64,000 bases of DNA, taken from positions 32,001 through 96,000 of the forward strand of contig CBDCTZ010000015.1 in NCBI GenBank assembly GCA_965222375.1, in the 5' to 3' direction. A program made the translations under genes and the position numbers. Origin of the DNA: Polyangiaceae bacterium (lineage in GTDB: Bacteria; Myxococcota_A; Polyangia; Polyangiales; Polyangiaceae). The notes beneath the pieces were generated by a model. It worked only from the letters and a program-made list of their open reading frames with translations, made no database searches and was not told where the DNA came from. Positions 59,371 through 64,000 of this stretch are shown here, piece after piece (the stretch's first letter is position 1; each line of letters opens with the position of its first letter).

Positions 59371-61236
59371 ATGAGTTCCGCACCGAGTGACACTCTCGCG
59401 GCTGTTGCCGAGTTGTATCAGGACAAGCGTGCGAAGCATGAAAGCGCTGCAGAACAGATCGCCGCTCGCTCGCGCCTGGTTTCAAACCTACGGGGGTTAT
59501 CTTTCGGCGTTTTCGTGATCGCCGCTTTGTGGGGGTTGTTCGGAGGTGCGCCGCAATCCGGAGGCCTGGTCGCATTGGTGGCGGCGGTCACATTCCTGGT
59601 GCTGGTCAGCGTGCACGGCAGGGTCTTGACCCGGGAGGACAACGAGCGGCGTTTCGCGCTGGTCAACAACCACTCGTTGCTTCGTGTAACGGGTCGCTTT
59701 CGGGAGTTGCCCGAGGACGGTTCGAGTTTCAAACCCGCCGCCCACCCTTATGCCGACGACCTGGATGTTTTCGGCGCAGGATCGCTGTTCCAGCGTTTGT
59801 GTACCGCTCACACGACTCTGGGCAAACGCACCTTGTCCTCATGGCTTTCAGGGGCGACCAGTCCCGACGTCATCGTTGCTCGCCAGGAAGCAGTACGGGA
59901 ACTATCTCCAGCCCTGGCGCTGCGGCAGTCCCTGGAAGCGCTGGCCCTCTTTGCCGTCACGGACCCGGCTCGGCAGCGCAACGGCAAGGTCAAGCGTGCT
60001 CCAGACCCAGAGCCATTCGTCGCGTGGGCGGAGAGCGAACCGACACTGCTCTCCAATGCCGCGTTGGTGTGGGCCAGCCGCGTCTTGCCCGTGCTGACCC
60101 TAGCCGCCCTTGGCGCCCTGATTTGGGCGGGTGCGCCGACTTGGGTATTCACGCTCCCGCTGATCGCCCAACTCGCGATTCTGTACAAGACTCGGGATGC
60201 AGCGGGGCGCGCATTCAACGCCGTCTCCACTTCCGAAGGTGCCTTCTCGCGCTACGGCTCCATGCTCAGCCTGGTGGAGGGCTTGGATGTGCAGGCACCC
60301 ATGCTGCGGCAGCTCAAGGCCGAACTCGCCTCTTCCGGAAGGCCTCCCTCGGTGGCCATGCGAGCCTTGGGGCGCGCCGTAGGGTGGTTCGAATTGCGGC
60401 ACAACGGCCTGGTGCACCCCTTTGCGAACGCGCTGCTGCTTTGGGACGTGCATTGCGTTTTGATGCTGGAGGCTTGGCAGCGCGACAGCGGCAAAGCCGC
60501 TCGACGCTGGTTGGAGCGGTTGGGGGAACTTGAGGCCCTCGCCTCCTTTGCTGCTTTCGACCACGACGATCCCGGAACGTGCTTCCCGAAGATCGAGCCG
60601 GAGACGACCGTGTACGAAACCAAAGGCTTGGCGCACCCGCTGTTGGAAGCCGACAAGCGCGTCGAAAACGATGTCCAGTTACCGCGCGGGGGAACCGCAC
60701 TGCTCGTGACCGGCTCCAACATGTCTGGGAAGAGTACGATGCTGCGCGCTATGGGCCTTGCCGCGGTCATGGCTCAAGCGGGAGCACCCGTCTGCGCGCA
60801 GAGCCTCCGCCTAGGGCAGTTCGCCGTGCGGACCAGCATTCGAATCAGCGATTCTTTGGAGCGTGGTGTGAGCCACTTCTATGCGGAGGTCGAGAAGTTG
60901 AGCGCGGTCATGCACGCGACCACCGACTCCCGGCCCGTCTTGTTCCTGCTGGATGAGATCTTGCATGGCACCAACTCCCGTGAACGGCAGGTCGGCGCGC
61001 GTTGGGTACTCGCCGAGCTGCTTTCTCGAGGAGCCACCGGGGCCATTTCGACCCACGACATGGAGCTATGCCGCTTGCCGGACGAGCTGATGAAGCTGGT
61101 CCAATTGGTGCACTTCCGCGAAAGCGTACAGGACGGAAAAATGACCTTCGACTACAAGCTGCGCGAGGGTCCCGTCACCGCTGGAAACGCCCTTCGCTTG
61201 ATGCAGCTCGCAGGGCTCGCCGTCCCTCTGGACTAG
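59371..61236 (+). CDS. Membrane-associated MutS-related ATPase (domain V)
   Basis: TM segments; TGSNMSGKST, SHFYAE, LLDEILHGTNS, STHD. Confidence 0.88.
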   Translation: MSSAPSDTLAAVAELYQDKRAKHESAAEQIAARSRLVSNLRGLSFGVFVIAALWGLFGGAPQSGGLVALVAAVTFLVLVSVHGRVLTREDNERRFALVNNHSLLRVTGRFRELPEDGSSFKPAAHPYADDLDVFGAGSLFQRLCTAHTTLGKRTLSSWLSGATSPDVIVARQEAVRELSPALALRQSLEALALFAVTDPARQRNGKVKRAPDPEPFVAWAESEPTLLSNAALVWASRVLPVLTLAALGALIWAGAPTWVFTLPLIAQLAILYKTRDAAGRAFNAVSTSEGAFSRYGSMLSLVEGLDVQAPMLRQLKAELASSGRPPSVAMRALGRAVGWFELRHNGLVHPFANALLLWDVHCVLMLEAWQRDSGKAARRWLERLGELEALASFAAFDHDDPGTCFPKIEPETTVYETKGLAHPLLEADKRVENDVQLPRGGTALLVTGSNMSGKSTMLRAMGLAAVMAQAGAPVCAQSLRLGQFAVRTSIRISDSLERGVSHFYAEVEKLSAVMHATTDSRPVLFLLDEILHGTNSRERQVGARWVLAELLSRGATGAISTHDMELCRLPDELMKLVQLVHFRESVQDGKMTFDYKLREGPVTAGNALRLMQLAGLAVPLD

Positions 61237-61249
61237 CTCCCCACGCGGA

Positions 61250-61765
61250 CTATTCCGCCGCGAAATCGAAACGCACGATGACCCGATCCTGCAGCTTGAT
61301 CGCGCCCAACATCGCTTTGAACGGTGCAATGCCCCACCGGCTCGGCTGAATCTCGACCTCACCTCGAACACGGCCACCCTCTCGATTGGCTCGTACCTCG
61401 ACGGGGTGGCTCTGCCCATGCAAGCTGAGCTGCCCCACAATGCGATACTCGTTCGCCTGGTTTTCGACCGCGCCCTGAAATTTGGCCTCGGGGAACTTGC
61501 TGGACTGCAGCACCTTGTCGCGAATGTTCTCCTCGACTTGAGCTCGGTCCTTCTCGGACAGCGCCTGGGTGTCTGGAGCGCCCTCGCGGACGGCGTGCAG
61601 GACGCGGAGGCTGCTGCAGGCGAAGCGGGCCTCTACGCTCGCATCGTCCGCAAGAAGCTCCACCTCGCCGACGCGCAAGCAGAGATCGTGGGCTACCCGG
61701 GAAAGGAGTCCCTCCTTGAAGGTCAAAACCTCCACACTACCGTCAAGTGGCTTTCGCTCGTTCAT
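61250..61765 (-). CDS. YceI family protein
   Basis: AHDL, VLQSSKFPEAKF, GQLSLHG, GAIKLQDRV. Confidence 0.82.
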   Translation of the reverse strand: MNERKPLDGSVEVLTFKEGLLSRVAHDLCLRVGEVELLADDASVEARFACSSLRVLHAVREGAPDTQALSEKDRAQVEENIRDKVLQSSKFPEAKFQGAVENQANEYRIVGQLSLHGQSHPVEVRANREGGRVRGEVEIQPSRWGIAPFKAMLGAIKLQDRVIVRFDFAAE

Positions 61766-62029
61766 TTCGGCCGAAGCTGACCCCTTTCCGGCGCCTGCGA
61801 CAAGGCGAAAGCGTCATGAGAGACAAGGTAGGCCTAGGTCGCACCTTCATCCAACCGTGGCCACAGGCTGCGCCCCATGTAATCCTTGTAGCTTACGATT
61901 CTTGACGATGAAATGAGGGCAAGGCTAGCCTCCAGACCGAGTTTCCACAGGGGAGCGAAGAGCTGCAACTGAGCGGACCAGCATGGGATTTCCCAGCTCG
62001 CGCAGCGCGGGACTAGGGGCGCAACTCAC

Positions 62030-62929
62030 TTGAGCGAATTCGACGAAAAAACGCGAGTCACCCAGGTGGTGCAGCGCCCGTCCGGGGACGACGGCGACAC
62101 CGGAAACGACTGTCTCGTGGTGATCTACACCAAGGAGCCCGGTCTGCTCGGCAAGCGTTTCGTGATGGACCGCAATCCCATTCGTGTGGGGCGTGGCGCG
62201 GACAACACGATCGTGTTGGAGGGCGACTCGGTTTCTCGACGCCACGCACACTTCTCGCGGCGCACCGGCCACTGGTACATCGTCGACGACGGCTCAACCA
62301 ACGGCACCTACCTCAATGAGGAACAGGTCTCCAAGGAAGCGCTGCTTAACAACAGCGATCGGATCAAGGTCGGGCCTACAATACTCAAGTATCTCTCGGG
62401 CGCCGACGCCGAAGCGAAATACCACGAGGAGATCTACAAGATGACCATCATCGATGGTCTGACTCAAATCCACAACAAGCGCTACTTGTTCGAGACCCTG
62501 GAGGGCGAGGTGAGCCGCGCACGTCGTCACGAGCGCCCTCTGTCCCTCATCATCTTCGACATCGACTTCTTCAAACGCATCAACGACCAGTTCGGACACT
62601 TGGCAGGCGACTACGTGTTGCGCGAGCTCGCACGAGTAGTGGAGGCGCGCATCCGCCGGGATGAGTGCTTCGCGCGCTACGGCGGAGAGGAGTTCGTGAT
62701 CGTGCTTCCAGAAACGGACCTGGACGGCGCCGTCTCCCTCGCCGAAAACCTGCGGGCTCGGGTCGCGGAACACACCTTCATCTTCCAGGGCGAGCGCATC
62801 CCGACGGCCATCAGCATGGGCTGCGCTCTGCTAGTCGACGCTGACAAGACCGCGACTGACTTGGTCCAGCGTGCAGATGAAAAGCTGTACGAAGCGAAGC
62901 GGGGCGGGCGCAACCGGGTCTGCTACTGA
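62030..62929 (+). CDS. FHA-domain diguanylate cyclase
   Basis: FHA (VGRG, VSRRH, STNGT); DIDFFKRIND.FGH..GD, RRDECFARYGGEEF. Confidence 0.93.
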   Translation: MSEFDEKTRVTQVVQRPSGDDGDTGNDCLVVIYTKEPGLLGKRFVMDRNPIRVGRGADNTIVLEGDSVSRRHAHFSRRTGHWYIVDDGSTNGTYLNEEQVSKEALLNNSDRIKVGPTILKYLSGADAEAKYHEEIYKMTIIDGLTQIHNKRYLFETLEGEVSRARRHERPLSLIIFDIDFFKRINDQFGHLAGDYVLRELARVVEARIRRDECFARYGGEEFVIVLPETDLDGAVSLAENLRARVAEHTFIFQGERIPTAISMGCALLVDADKTATDLVQRADEKLYEAKRGGRNRVCY

Positions 62930-62963
62930 GACTGGCACTGGGCCCCACAACGCACTAGCGTGC

Positions 62964-64000
62964 GTGGCCTTGGGCTTTTCAGAAATCCCCCCACCGCCGG
63001 AAGTCGAGCCAGGTCAGGACCTGCCCGCGGTTCGCACTCGCCCCCCGGGACCGCAGTCGCGAACCTGGCTCACCCGCCACGCTCGCGTCGCTGCGCCGAT
63101 GGGGCCGCGGCCGGACGTAGACCTGCGCCGAGTGGTGCGCACAGAAGCCCCACCCTACACAGTCGTGTACTCGACCGCGAAGGGGGCCAATGTCTTGGAC
63201 GTAGATGGCAATCGCTACGTCGATCTCGCGGCTGGGTTTGGCTCCCTACTTCTGGGCCACTCACACCCGAGGATCGCGAAAGTCGTCGAGCTCCAGACAG
63301 GGCGGCTGCTCCAAGCATTGGGAGACGTCTACCCGTCAGAACCAAAGATTGCATTGATGGAGCGCCTCGGAACCCTACGCAAAGCAACGCGCTCGAGTCC
63401 CGACGAAGTCCAATCCATCGAAGCGAACGTGGACAAGGTTCTTCTATGCCAAAGCGGAGCAGACGCGGTCACTGCCGCGCTGAAATCGGCGATTTTGCAC
63501 ACGAAGAAAAGTGGGCTGCTGGCGTTCGATGCCGCGTACCACGGACTGTCCTACGCGCCGTTGGCTGCGTGCGGTCTTCGGGAGAGCTACCGAGCCCCTT
63601 TTGCGGCATCCCTGGGTGACCAGACGCGCTTTGTTTCCTATCCGGCGACGAAGGCAGAGCTCGATCCATGTTTGGAACGAATTCGCTTCGAACTTGCCCG
63701 GGGGGACGTGGCGGCAGTGCTTTTTGAGCCTATTTTGGGCCGTGGCGGGTGCCTAGTGCCACCACCCGATTTCGTCCCAGAGCTGCTGAAGCTGTGTCGT
63801 GGCGCCGGCGCCTTGGCCATCGCGGACGAAGTCTGGACCGGCCTCGGTCGCGCCGGCGCGATGCTCACGAGCGAATCGGAAGCGGACGGGCCGGACCTGA
63901 TTTGCCTCGGCAAGGGGCTCGGGGGCGGGCTACCCATCAGCGCCTGCTTGGGACGTGGCGATATCTTGGACTCCTGGAGCCAAGCAGAAGAGGTCGTGCA
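62964..64000 (+). CDS. Class III PLP aminotransferase (GabT-like), runs off window
   Basis: Manual translation: GANVLDVDGNRYVDLAAGFG..GH, SGADAV, AYHG, FEPILGRGG, ADEVWTGLGRAG, PDLICLGKGLGGG. Confidence 0.9.
   Translation, partial: MALGFSEIPPPPEVEPGQDLPAVRTRPPGPQSRTWLTRHARVAAPMGPRPDVDLRRVVRTEAPPYTVVYSTAKGANVLDVDGNRYVDLAAGFGSLLLGHSHPRIAKVVELQTGRLLQALGDVYPSEPKIALMERLGTLRKATRSSPDEVQSIEANVDKVLLCQSGADAVTAALKSAILHTKKSGLLAFDAAYHGLSYAPLAACGLRESYRAPFAASLGDQTRFVSYPATKAELDPCLERIRFELARGDVAAVLFEPILGRGGCLVPPPDFVPELLKLCRGAGALAIADEVWTGLGRAGAMLTSESEADGPDLICLGKGLGGGLPISACLGRGDILDSWSQAEEVV

Overview
High-GC window from a myxobacterium, probably Polyangiales/Polyangiaceae. This is inferred from the FHA-sigma54 enhancer next to a Ser/Thr kinase and PEGA-type protein, pilMNOPQ, an FHA-GGDEF protein, CdbA-like domains, and more than 20 lipoproteins with Gly/Ser linkers or Cys-rich repeats. 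The flanks are mostly ordinary: a MacAB-type ABC exporter, pgm, pilMNOPQ, a LysM-YcbK peptidase, NAGS/K, a REC-adenylate cyclase, cheB, a MutS-like protein, yceI, a diguanylate cyclase and a class III aminotransferase. The centre (~24.8-39.4 kb) is an accessory island of mixed-orientation genes and gene fragments. It carries six copies of a near-invariant, oriented 19-bp element, TGTCCGATTCTATCGAGTG; each copy points into a downstream gene and is followed at fixed spacing by a -10-like hexamer. This may be an undescribed regulon or a shufflon/cassette-like recombination system. Other notable points are an in-frame TGA at a conserved Cys codon of pgm, a protein with four tandem CdbA-like RHH domains, and five sigma54 promoters with an ATG at an identical distance. 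No rRNA, tRNA, CRISPR array, transposase or recombinase was recognised. Product calls are by eye from motifs, without database searches.
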